Assembly: GCA_963667845.2 (NCBI GenBank) | Contig: CAXXVL010000001.1 | Coordinates: 576,001-640,000 of the forward strand | DNA: 64,000 nucleotides | Direction: 5' to 3' | From: Smithellaceae bacterium | GTDB taxonomy: Bacteria; Desulfobacterota; Syntrophia; Syntrophales; Smithellaceae | Part shown: one piece after another, positions 30,333 to 38,680 of the stretch | Layout: each line of letters starts with the position of its first letter | How positions within the stretch are numbered: position 1 is the first letter of the stretch | Made by a program: the position numbers and the translations under genes | Notes under the pieces: generated by a model | Databases searched by the model: none | The model's input: only the letters and a program-made list of their open reading frames with translations | What the model was told of the DNA's origin: nothing

Positions 30333-31307
30333 ATGCAATTTCCTGAATACCGGGGACGCCGGTTGAGAAAGAATGAAAACCTGAGACGTCTGGTTCGTGA
30401 GACGAAGTTAAGCGTGGATCATCTCGTTTACCCGCTGTTTGCGGTTCCCGGGAAGAGCGTAAAGAAGCCGATTAATTCGATGCCGGGCCAGTTCCAGATG
30501 TCCGTGGATTATATCGCGAAGGAAGCGCGGGAGGCTTTTGACCTGGGTATTCCGGCGATTTTGCTTTTCGGCCTTCCCTCCAAAAAGGATGAGCAGGGAA
30601 GCGGCGCCTTTGCCAAGGAAGGCATTGTGCAGCAGGCGGTGAGACGCGTCAAAAATGAAGTCCCGGACATCGTCGTGATCACCGATGTCTGCCTGTGTGA
30701 ATACACAAGCCACGGCCATTGCGGCATTATCGAAAAAGGCCAGGTGCACAACGACATGACGCTCGACGTGCTGGCGGAAACGGCTCTGTCCCAGGCGAAA
30801 GCCGGCGCGGATATGGTCGCGCCGTCGGCCATGATGGACGGACAAATTGCGGCGATCCGCGAAGTGCTCGATGAAAACGCCATGGAAGACATTCCGATCA
30901 TGGCGTATTGTGCAAAATACGCATCGTCTTTCTACGGACCTTTTCGGGAGGCGGCCGAGAGTACGCCGCAGTTCGGCGACCGTAAAGCCTACCAGATGGA
31001 TCCGGCCAATGCCGACGAGGCGATTCGGGAAATATCACTCGATGTCTCCGAAGGCGCGGACATTATCATGGTGAAACCGGCGCTGCCTTACCTGGACGTC
31101 ATCTGCCGGGCCAAGCAGGAATTCGATCTGCCACTTGCCGCGTATAACGTCAGCGGCGAATATGCGATGATCAAAGCCGCGGCGCAATTGGGCTGGCTCG
31201 ATGAAGAAAAAACCATGCTGGAGAGCCTCACCGCCATCAGACGGGCCGGTGCGGATATCATTATCACCTACTGGGCCAAACAGCTGGCGCAGGTGTTGAA
31301 GCGCTGA
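30333..31307 (+). CDS. hemB: Porphobilinogen synthase
   Basis: [27 protein letters not shown]. Confidence 0.97.
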   Translation: MQFPEYRGRRLRKNENLRRLVRETKLSVDHLVYPLFAVPGKSVKKPINSMPGQFQMSVDYIAKEAREAFDLGIPAILLFGLPSKKDEQGSGAFAKEGIVQQAVRRVKNEVPDIVVITDVCLCEYTSHGHCGIIEKGQVHNDMTLDVLAETALSQAKAGADMVAPSAMMDGQIAAIREVLDENAMEDIPIMAYCAKYASSFYGPFREAAESTPQFGDRKAYQMDPANADEAIREISLDVSEGADIIMVKPALPYLDVICRAKQEFDLPLAAYNVSGEYAMIKAAAQLGWLDEEKTMLESLTAIRRAGADIIITYWAKQLAQVLKR

Positions 31308-31310
31308 CAG

Positions 31311-31336
31311 GGACTGCCAGCTTCAACGGAATGACG
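31311..31336 (-). repeat. Degenerate CGTC-tagged hairpin arm
   Basis: Reverse complement reads CGTCATTCCGTTGAAGCTGGCAGTCC. Confidence 0.45.
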
Positions 31337-31348
31337 AAAAGATAGTAC

Positions 31349-32422
31349 ATGATGAAACCATCGGTTATGTTTCCGTCCAAAGAAAATGCCGTTCGCATGA
31401 TCGCGTGGGAAGTGACGCGCAGCTGCAACCTGAACTGCAAGCATTGCCGCGCCGCATCACACCTGGGGCCTTACCCGGGCGAACTGTCCACAGAACAATG
31501 CCTGCGGCTGATTGACGATATTGCCAGAGTGTCGAAACCGGTCATCATTCTGACGGGCGGCGAGCCGCTTTTGCGGCCGGACATTTTCGAGCTGGCCGCC
31601 TACGGGACCCAAAAAGGGCTGCGCATGGTTATGGCGACGAACGGGACGCTCGTGGATGAGGCCGTCGCGCGCAAGATGATTGCCGGCGGCATCCAGCGCG
31701 TCAGCATCAGCATCGACGGACCGGATGCAAAAAGCCATGACGATTTTCGTAATGAAGCGGGTGCTTTTTCCGGCGCGATGCGCGGCATCGAAGCCATGAA
31801 ATCCGTGGGGATGGAGTTTCAGATTAACACGACGATCACCACGGCCAATCTGCACCAGATTAAAGACATTCACGACCTGGCGCTCAGGATCGGCGCGGCG
31901 GCGCATCATATTTTCCTTCTGGTGCCCACAGGGCGGGGCAGGGATCTGGCACAGCAGGCCATTACCGCTGCCGACTATGAAGAGACGCTGATGTGGTTTC
32001 ACAAGGAGAGCCTGACCTGCGATATCCAGCTCAAGGCCACCTGCGCGCCTCACTATTTCCGCATTATGCACCAGAACAAACCCAAAGGGGCCAGGCCCGT
32101 CAAGAAAGCGGGCGGCCATTTTCACGAATCGACGAGAGGGTGTCTGGGCGGCATTTCGTTTTGCTTTGTTTCGCACGTCGGACAGGTGCAGCCCTGCGGC
32201 TATCTGGAGCTCGACTGCGGCAACGTGCAGAAACAAAGTTTTGGCGAGATCTGGGAAAGCTCGGAGGTTTTCTGCAATCTGCGCGATTATACTAAATACG
32301 GCGGCAAATGCGGCCGGTGCGAATTCATCAAGGTCTGCGGCGGCTGCCGGGCGCGGGCGTATGAGGCGACGGGGGATTACCTATCCGAAGAACCCCTGTG
32401 CTTATATCAGCCAGGCTTTTGA
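31349..32422 (+). CDS. ahbD: Radical SAM heme b synthase
   Basis: AWEVTRSCNLNCKHCRA, KATCAPHYFRI, SPASM C..C.....CGGCRARA. Confidence 0.9.
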   Translation: MMKPSVMFPSKENAVRMIAWEVTRSCNLNCKHCRAASHLGPYPGELSTEQCLRLIDDIARVSKPVIILTGGEPLLRPDIFELAAYGTQKGLRMVMATNGTLVDEAVARKMIAGGIQRVSISIDGPDAKSHDDFRNEAGAFSGAMRGIEAMKSVGMEFQINTTITTANLHQIKDIHDLALRIGAAAHHIFLLVPTGRGRDLAQQAITAADYEETLMWFHKESLTCDIQLKATCAPHYFRIMHQNKPKGARPVKKAGGHFHESTRGCLGGISFCFVSHVGQVQPCGYLELDCGNVQKQSFGEIWESSEVFCNLRDYTKYGGKCGRCEFIKVCGGCRARAYEATGDYLSEEPLCLYQPGF

Positions 32423-32536
32423 AAAATGCCCATCTGCTGCGTTTCCCTCGCCCTTCGTCACTGCGGCGTATGGTACTATACGCCTCACTCCTCAGGACTC
32501 GGGGGCCTTGCATCCGGACATTTTTGAAAAGCCTGG
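32411..32536. mobile_element. 126-bp MITE-like element (family C)
   Basis: TIRs CCAGGCTTTTGAAAAATG / CATTTTTGAAAAGCCTGG (17/18); central GGCGTA..TACGCC hairpin; related copy at 37404-37527. Confidence 0.8.
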
Positions 32537-32584
32537 AGGATGTATCGTATGTTAAAGGCAAACGCTGTTGATGCGGTTTCAATT

Positions 32585-32644
32585 CTCAGGACTCGCGCCG
32601 AACATCTCAGTACTCGAGTGCCCCTTGGGTATTTGAACAGCCTG
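32585..32644. repeat. Right-end fragment of a family C MITE carrying a 17-bp micro-insert
   Basis: CTCAGGACTCG...GTACT[CGAGTGCCCCTTGGGTA]TTTGAACAGCCTG. Confidence 0.75.
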
Positions 32645-32656
32645 ATGGCAGTTCTT

Positions 32657-32693
32657 TGTCATTGCGAAGCGCGCCGCGCGCTGTGGCAATCTC
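32657..32693 (+). repeat. TGTC-tagged hairpin arm (family B3)
   Basis: TGTCATTGCGAAGCGCGCCGCGCGCTGTGGCAATCT; near-identical copy at 37628-37665. Confidence 0.85.
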
Positions 32694-32709
32694 ATAGTAT
32701 GGGAGAATA

Positions 32710-33168
32710 GTGATCACTGATATGGATGATATAGATAAAAAAATACTGAACATTCTGCAGAAGGAATTTCCGCTCGTGGAGCAGCCGTTTCTGGCTGTGG
32801 CCGAACGCTGCGGCCTGAGCGAAGACGATGTGTTGGCCCGTGTTCAAAAGATGAAGGACGAAGGCATCATCCGCCGCATCGGCGCCGTATTTGACGGGGC
32901 CAAACTCGGACGCGTGAGCGCGCTGTTCGCGGCGCGGGTGCCCCCGGACAAAATTGATGACTTTGTCCGGGTTGTGAACGCCAACAAAGGTGTCACGCAT
33001 AATTACCGCCGCAGCCACGAATACAATATCTGGTTTACCGCAAACGCGACAACCGCCGAAGAACTGACCGATTTTCTCAGGGACGTCAAAGAGAAGACCG
33101 GCGTAAAGGATATCCTGGATATGCGGGCGGTGAGAGTGTTCAAGATAGACGCAACTTTTAATATGTAA
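32710..33168 (+). CDS. ahbA: Siroheme decarboxylase subunit (Lrp/AsnC-like, AhbA type)
   Basis: LQKEFPLVEQPF, GIIRRIG and VTHNYRR motifs; follows ahbD. Confidence 0.82.
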   Translation: MITDMDDIDKKILNILQKEFPLVEQPFLAVAERCGLSEDDVLARVQKMKDEGIIRRIGAVFDGAKLGRVSALFAARVPPDKIDDFVRVVNANKGVTHNYRRSHEYNIWFTANATTAEELTDFLRDVKEKTGVKDILDMRAVRVFKIDATFNM

Positions 33169-33188
33169 TCAGGGTCCATACTTTTCGA

Positions 33189-33260
33189 TGTCACTTCGAC
33201 CGCAGGGGAGAAGTCCTGCGATCAAAGAAAAAAGATTTCTCGCTTCGCTTCGAAATGACA
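33189..33260. repeat. 72-bp nuclease-less doublet of family B2 arms (REPIN-like)
   Basis: TGTCACTTCGACCGCAGGGGAGAAGTC, spacer, AGATTTCTCGCTTCGCTTCGAAATGACA. Confidence 0.85.
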
Positions 33261-33352
33261 ATGAAATATTTTACGTTACTTTGGACATGAAAAGTATTGA
33301 AAAATGCGTTACAAGATGTATCGCTTCCACGTGAAAAATAAATACTTTCCAA

Positions 33353-33765
33353 TGTCACTTCGACCGCAGGGAGAAGTCTTGAATGGCATTTACCAAGAGT
33401 TACTACGTCTACTTCCTGACTAATTGGAACAACAAAGTACTTTATATCGGTGTGACAAACGACTTAGAACGACGACTCTATGAACACAAGAACAAACTGG
33501 TTCACGGGTTTACGGCTAAGTATAATTTGAATAAGCTGGTTTATTTTGAAGAAACGCAGGATGTTGCAGCCGCCATTGCCAGAGAGAAGGAAATGAAAAA
33601 ATGGCGGAGGAACAAGAAGGATAATCTTGTTAATAAACTAAATCCATCCTGGCGGGACTTAAGCGAGACATTATAGAGGTCGCTCCCATCATGCTCACAT
33701 AGATTTCTCGCTCCCGCTTACCCTGCTGATCTAAAGGTCACTCGAGGGCACTCGTCGAAATGACA
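33353..33765 (+). mobile_element. GIY-YIG nuclease cassette bounded by family B2 inverted hairpin arms
   Basis: Left arm 33353-33379; right arm 33701-33765 interrupted by a 36-bp insert; same arms as the flanking 72-bp doublets; mobility is inferred. Confidence 0.7.
33383..33676 (+). CDS. Stand-alone GIY-YIG nuclease (97 aa)
   Basis: YYVYFL...LYIGVTNDLERRLYEHK, AIAREKEMKKW, NP.WRDL. Confidence 0.93.
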   Translation: MAFTKSYYVYFLTNWNNKVLYIGVTNDLERRLYEHKNKLVHGFTAKYNLNKLVYFEETQDVAAAIAREKEMKKWRRNKKDNLVNKLNPSWRDLSETL

Positions 33766-33781
33766 ATTAAACATTATTCTA

Positions 33782-33853
33782 TGTCACTTCGACCGCAGGG
33801 AGAAGTCTTGCGTTAGAACCAAACCCTATTTCCCGCTTCGTTGTGAAATGACG
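33782..33853. repeat. Second 72-bp nuclease-less doublet of family B2 arms
   Basis: TGTCACTTCGACCGCAGGGAGAAGTCT, spacer, ATTTCCCGCTTCGTTGTGAAATGACG. Confidence 0.82.
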
Positions 33854-33933
33854 GTTGACGGAAAGCCGCAACCGTGAGACACATATTCCACAAGAATTCA
33901 GGTTTGCCCAAAATAAAAAAGGAGGATGGAAAG

Positions 33934-34662
33934 ATGGAACCGAAGGACATTGATTTTGCGGCCATGCCCCAAAAAGCAATCAGCGTTGTGACGAAGCCTG
34001 CGGAATTTTTTCAGGCGATGCCCAAGGCGGGCGGATTCCTGGAGCCCCTTGTTTTTGCCGTGATCATGGGATTGATCACCGGCATCATTCAAGCGATTCT
34101 GAACGTCATCGGTCTTGTACCGGGAGCAGGTTACGGCGGCGGCGTGATGGCGGGATTCGGCGTCATTATTTTCATGCCGATTGCCGCGGCTGTCGGCAGC
34201 TTCATCGGCGCAGCCATCCTGTTCGTGATCTGGAAACTGATGGGTTCCGAGGAGAACTATGAAACGGCCTATCGCTGCGGCGCTTATCTGATCGCTGTGG
34301 CCCCCATTACCGCGATCATCGGTGTGATCCCTTACGCCGGCGGCATCATCACAATGGCCATCTATGTGTATTTTCTGGTGACAACCAGCATTCATGTTCA
34401 TCATATTCCGTCCCAGAAAGCCTGGATGGTTTTCGGCATCATCGGCGTGATCTTCGCGATTTTGGGAATTGTCGCAGAATACAAGGCCAGAAATATGGCA
34501 TCCGAACTGGGAAAGTGGCGTCAGATGAGCAAAGAAGTTGAGAAGTCAGCCAAAGATATGGAAAAATCCACCGATGAGATGCGCAAGCAGGCCGAGGACA
34601 TGGCCAAGCAAGCCAAAGCACAGGCTGATGAAGCACAAAAACAAGCCGAAAAAAATCAGTAA
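33934..34662 (+). CDS. YIP1-family membrane protein with coiled-coil tail
   Basis: RBS GGAGG; V.KPAEFF; five TM helices; K/E/Q/A-rich tail. Confidence 0.8.
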   Translation: MEPKDIDFAAMPQKAISVVTKPAEFFQAMPKAGGFLEPLVFAVIMGLITGIIQAILNVIGLVPGAGYGGGVMAGFGVIIFMPIAAAVGSFIGAAILFVIWKLMGSEENYETAYRCGAYLIAVAPITAIIGVIPYAGGIITMAIYVYFLVTTSIHVHHIPSQKAWMVFGIIGVIFAILGIVAEYKARNMASELGKWRQMSKEVEKSAKDMEKSTDEMRKQAEDMAKQAKAQADEAQKQAEKNQ

Positions 34663-34744
34663 ATAAACTTATCGCTTCGTGCGCACCGGACTTGCCCCGC
34701 AAAGAAGGTGCGCACGAAAAAAAATTCAAAAACCGGAATGATTT

Positions 34745-37402
34745 ATGACGGAAGAAAAGAACTCACCCCTGCTCGCGCTGGTGGACGGGAGCAATTATCT
34801 TTACCGCGCCTATTACGCGATTCCGGCGCTCACCAACTCCAAAGGTTTTCCCACCAATGCCATCTATGGCTTCACAACCATGCTGATGAAGCTTCTGCGC
34901 GATCTGGCGCCCGACTATGTTGTTGTCACGTTCGATCTCAAAGGGCCGACGACCCGGCACGGAGAGTTCGAAGATTATAAGGCGACGCGCAAACCGATGC
35001 CCGACGATCTGGTGCCGCAGATTTCATCCATCAAGGACGTGGTCCGGGCCTTCGCGATTTGCGTTTTGGAAAAGCAGGGGATAGAAGCCGATGATATTAT
35101 CGGGACGCTTGCAGTTCAGGCACGGGAAAAAGGATGGCGCACGGCCATCATCTCCGGCGACAAGGATCTGATGCAGCTCGTCAATGACGCAGTCACGATG
35201 GTCGATACGATGAAGGATAAGACCTATGATGCCGAGGCCGTCAGGGAAAAGTTCGGCGTGGGTCCCGACAAGGTCGCGGACATCCTGGGGCTGATGGGTG
35301 ACACATCCGACAATATCCCCGGTGTACCGGGCATCGGACCGAAAACGGCCCAGCGGCTCATCGAGGAATACGGCTCCGTCGATGCCGTGATTGAAAACGC
35401 CGAAAGACTCCACAACGTGAAACTGCGCGAAAGCTTCCGGCAGCACGCCGAACAGGCGAAGCTCAGCCGTCAACTGGCGCTGATCCGCACGGATGTGGAC
35501 ATTCATTTTGACCTGCAGGACGCGGCCCGCAAAGAACCGGACCGGGAACAATTAACGCGGCTCTTCAGCGAATTTGAATTTTCGTCACTTTTGCAGCAGA
35601 TTAAAACCAATGCGGCAAAGCCCCTCAGAACCTGTACGATCGCTCATGACAAAACAGCGCTTGCGGAAATGGCTCTGAGGCTGCAGGGCAGCCCGGTCAT
35701 TGCCTGTGAATTCGTCTGGGAGAAGAATCCCCCTCCCGAGTTAATCGGCATCTGCATCCATGCGGGCGGCGATTCGTTTTACGTTCCGATCGGCCATACG
35801 CAGGCGAAAACGCAATTGCCGGCGAAGGACGTATTCGCTGTCCTGGCGCCTGCCTTTGCGGATGCCGAAATCAAGAAACATGTTTACGACTTGAAAACGA
35901 CGCTCGTAGCCCTTCCGGATCTGGATGTCCGGACGGCCGAAGACTGGCAGCTTGCGGCGTACCTGCTCAATCCGGCGCGGCATTCCTATGAACTTGATGA
36001 AATTGCCTGGGAATATCTGCACGAAAGGATTCCCGCGCCCAATGACGTGGCCGGCGGCAAGGGGAAAACGTATCCCCTGGCGCTCGTGCCCGTCGATCGC
36101 ATGGCCGCCTATGCGGGGCAGCGGGCGGAGGCGATTATGTCCCTGGCGCCGGTCCTGGCCGAAAAACTTGCCGAGGCCGGGGCGGCCGGACTCTACCGGG
36201 ATGTCGAAATGCCGATCCTGTTTACACTTGCCGCCATGGAGAAAAAGGGCGTTCTCCTGGATGCCGGTCTCTTGAAGCAGATGTCCGAAGAACTGGGACA
36301 GCTGCTGTCACTCTCCGAAGAAAAAATTCACCGCCTGGCGGGAGAAAAATTCAACATCAATTCCCCCAAGCAGTTGCAGACCATCTTGTTTGAAAAAATG
36401 AAGCTGCCGAAGGGCAAGAAGACCAAGGAAGGTTATTCCACGGATGTCGATGTGCTCACGGAGCTTGCGCGCGGCCATGAACTGCCCGCCGAAATCCTGG
36501 CCTACCGGTCGCTTGCCAAGCTCAAGTCCACGTATGTGGATGCGCTTCCCGCCCTGATCAATCCGCAGACCGGCAGGATTCACACCTCCTACAACCAGAC
36601 GGTGGCGGCCACCGGGAGGCTTTCGAGCAGCAATCCCAACCTGCAGAATATCCCCATCCGGACACTGGAGGGAAAAAGAATCCGCCAGGCGTTTATCGCC
36701 GATCCCGGATGCGTCCTCATTTCCGCCGACTATTCGCAAATCGAGCTTCGGGTGCTCGCGCACCTGTGCGAAGACGAAACGCTTCTCGCGGCGTTTGCGT
36801 CCGAAGAAGACATTCACACCCGCACCGCCTCCGACGTATTCGGCGTCTTCCCGCAGATGGTGAGCCCCGAAATGCGCCGGCAGGCCAAGGTCATCAACTT
36901 CGGCATTCTCTATGGCATGAGCGCGTTTGGCCTCGCGAAGGAGTTGGGCGTCCCCCAGAAGACCGCGCAGGTCTATATCGACGGCTATTTCGCCCGCTAC
37001 AGGAAAGTGCGCGATTACCTGGACGGCATTCTGGAAGGCGCGAAGCGCGACGGTTATGTCTGCACGCTCCTCAACCGCCGCCGCTACCTGCCGGAGCTGA
37101 AAAGCCAGATTCCATCCGTTCGTCAGTTCGCCGAGCGCATGGCGATCAATGCACCCATTCAAGGCACCGCCGCCGACCTCATTAAAGTGGCGATGGTGAA
37201 TATCGATTACCTGCTGGCCAAGAAGAAACTGGCCGCCCGGCTGATCATGCAGGTGCACGACGAACTGGTCGTGGAAGCGCCCGAGGAAGAAAAAGCAGAG
37301 GTCATGGCGCTGGTTAAAAAAGAGATGGAAGAAGTGATCAAGCTCAAAGTGCCGCTCAAAGTGGAAATTGCGAGTGGGGAGAACTGGGACGAAGCCCACT
37401 GA
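34745..37402 (+). CDS. polA: DNA polymerase I
   Basis: 5'-3' exonuclease (LVDG, EADD, GDTSDNIPGV); polymerase motifs ADYSQIELR, KVINFGILYG, QVHDE. Confidence 0.98.
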   Translation: MTEEKNSPLLALVDGSNYLYRAYYAIPALTNSKGFPTNAIYGFTTMLMKLLRDLAPDYVVVTFDLKGPTTRHGEFEDYKATRKPMPDDLVPQISSIKDVVRAFAICVLEKQGIEADDIIGTLAVQAREKGWRTAIISGDKDLMQLVNDAVTMVDTMKDKTYDAEAVREKFGVGPDKVADILGLMGDTSDNIPGVPGIGPKTAQRLIEEYGSVDAVIENAERLHNVKLRESFRQHAEQAKLSRQLALIRTDVDIHFDLQDAARKEPDREQLTRLFSEFEFSSLLQQIKTNAAKPLRTCTIAHDKTALAEMALRLQGSPVIACEFVWEKNPPPELIGICIHAGGDSFYVPIGHTQAKTQLPAKDVFAVLAPAFADAEIKKHVYDLKTTLVALPDLDVRTAEDWQLAAYLLNPARHSYELDEIAWEYLHERIPAPNDVAGGKGKTYPLALVPVDRMAAYAGQRAEAIMSLAPVLAEKLAEAGAAGLYRDVEMPILFTLAAMEKKGVLLDAGLLKQMSEELGQLLSLSEEKIHRLAGEKFNINSPKQLQTILFEKMKLPKGKKTKEGYSTDVDVLTELARGHELPAEILAYRSLAKLKSTYVDALPALINPQTGRIHTSYNQTVAATGRLSSSNPNLQNIPIRTLEGKRIRQAFIADPGCVLISADYSQIELRVLAHLCEDETLLAAFASEEDIHTRTASDVFGVFPQMVSPEMRRQAKVINFGILYGMSAFGLAKELGVPQKTAQVYIDGYFARYRKVRDYLDGILEGAKRDGYVCTLLNRRRYLPELKSQIPSVRQFAERMAINAPIQGTAADLIKVAMVNIDYLLAKKKLAARLIMQVHDELVVEAPEEEKAEVMALVKKEMEEVIKLKVPLKVEIASGENWDEAH

Positions 37403-37403
37403 T

Positions 37404-37527
37404 AGGACGGCTGAAAAGCGCCGATCTGCGTTGTTGCGCTGCGATCCCGTGTCGCTCAACGTACATTAAGTACGCCTCGCGACCCGGGTCTTGCGCGCCT
37501 AGCATCTCAGCACTTTTGAGCCGTCCT
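37404..37527. mobile_element. 124-bp MITE-like element (diverged family C)
   Basis: TIRs AGGACGGCTGAAAAG / CTTTTGAGCCGTCCT (14/15); central CGTAC..GTACG hairpin; same layout as 32411-32536. Confidence 0.78.
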
Positions 37528-37550
37528 GAAACTTCATTACAACTAACTAA

Positions 37551-37610
37551 TCAGGACTCGGGGGCCTTGCATCTGGCATTGGCGTGTCCCTGGGTATTTG
37601 AACAGCCCTG
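37551..37610. repeat. Right-end fragment of a family C MITE carrying a 16-bp micro-insert
   Basis: TCAGGACTCGGGGGCCTTGCATCTGGCATT[GGCGTGTCCCTGGGTA]TTTGAACAGCCCTG. Confidence 0.78.
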
Positions 37611-37627
37611 AAAAATATAATTTAGAT

Positions 37628-37665
37628 TGTCATTGCGAAGCGCGCCTTGCGCGCTGTGGCAATCT
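37628..37665 (+). repeat. TGTC-tagged hairpin arm (family B3)
   Basis: TGTCATTGCGAAGCGCGCCTTGCGCGCTGTGGCAATCT. Confidence 0.85.
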
Positions 37666-37912
37666 AATGTGCACTTTGAAGAAGTCTGTTAACGAACTAA
37701 CCGGTCGTTCTTGGACAAATTTCCCATGATAAAGCTGCCGGGCTTTTGGTCCTTAATTATCCTGAAATACCGTGTACCTAAATCATAATATGATTGATTT
37801 TATGACGATGTTTCAATTTGCGTTTTGTCTCAAAAAGAGTAGAATTGCGACACATTTCGGAAAAAGCTTAACCAATATTAAACGTTAGGATTCTTATAAT
37901 GCGTGATAATAA

Positions 37913-38680
37913 ATGAAAATATGGTTATCAAATACGGTTCTTTCCTGGTTGCCACATTTAACAGGGTGGAGCACTAAAGCATCGAAGAATCTACTGCGAC
38001 CTTACACGCATTGGGAGCATGCACAGAAGTTATCAAGCAGTGAGGCCAATCAATTCATAAGGATTGATATCGTCACAACGCTAAAGCGATCCGTTGATAT
38101 ACGAATTCGCAATCTAAATGATATATATCAATTCAGGACTATACAAGTTCTCAAAAAAGAAAAAAGTCTCGTCGAAATTTTATCTCAATTAGAAATTGTT
38201 AGACCAATGATGATTTCTAAGTTAAACCGGATTAGAAACACAATAGAACATCAGGACAAAGCACCCCCATCTTACGATGAATGTGTGGAGTTGATTGACT
38301 TTACATGGTACTTCTTAAGATCAACGGACAAACTAATACAGCAGATTCCTGGAGGTGTTATTTATGACCCGGAAGGCGGAGACTATGTTACGCCATATGG
38401 GGTCTCGTTTAATGTTCGCATCGACCAAGATTGGCAGGTTGAAGTGACCGGATGGGTCGAAAATTATATGATATCCTCGGAAGAAAAATTAAATTGGCTT
38501 CTTATCGAATGTGAGGACTGCTGCTCGGCAGAAGAACTCTTTGCTAGAAAAAAGGGATGGTCAGGTTATCTCGACGACCACAAAGATAAAAAGCTTTCCG
38601 ACATGCACTTTACAGGCAAGTTTTCCGGACCGCCTGAGTTAATGAAGGAATTTCTAATCCATTATTTTCGAGCGTGTTAA
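37913..38680 (+). CDS. Low-GC hypothetical protein with a HEPN-like RxxxxH motif
   Basis: 255-aa AT-rich ORF; LNRIRNTIEH in a helical context. Confidence 0.65.
   Translation: MKIWLSNTVLSWLPHLTGWSTKASKNLLRPYTHWEHAQKLSSSEANQFIRIDIVTTLKRSVDIRIRNLNDIYQFRTIQVLKKEKSLVEILSQLEIVRPMMISKLNRIRNTIEHQDKAPPSYDECVELIDFTWYFLRSTDKLIQQIPGGVIYDPEGGDYVTPYGVSFNVRIDQDWQVEVTGWVENYMISSEEKLNWLLIECEDCCSAEELFARKKGWSGYLDDHKDKKLSDMHFTGKFSGPPELMKEFLIHYFRAC

Noticed and set aside
33189..33853. Repeat-spacer pattern as a CRISPR array
   Set aside because: Arms alternate in inverted orientation, spacing is irregular and no cas genes are present.
34676..34725. 12-bp hairpin TTCGTGCGCACC/GGTGCGCACGAA as a terminator
   Set aside because: It is followed by an A-run on the plus strand, so neither strand has a U-tract after the stem; function unclear.
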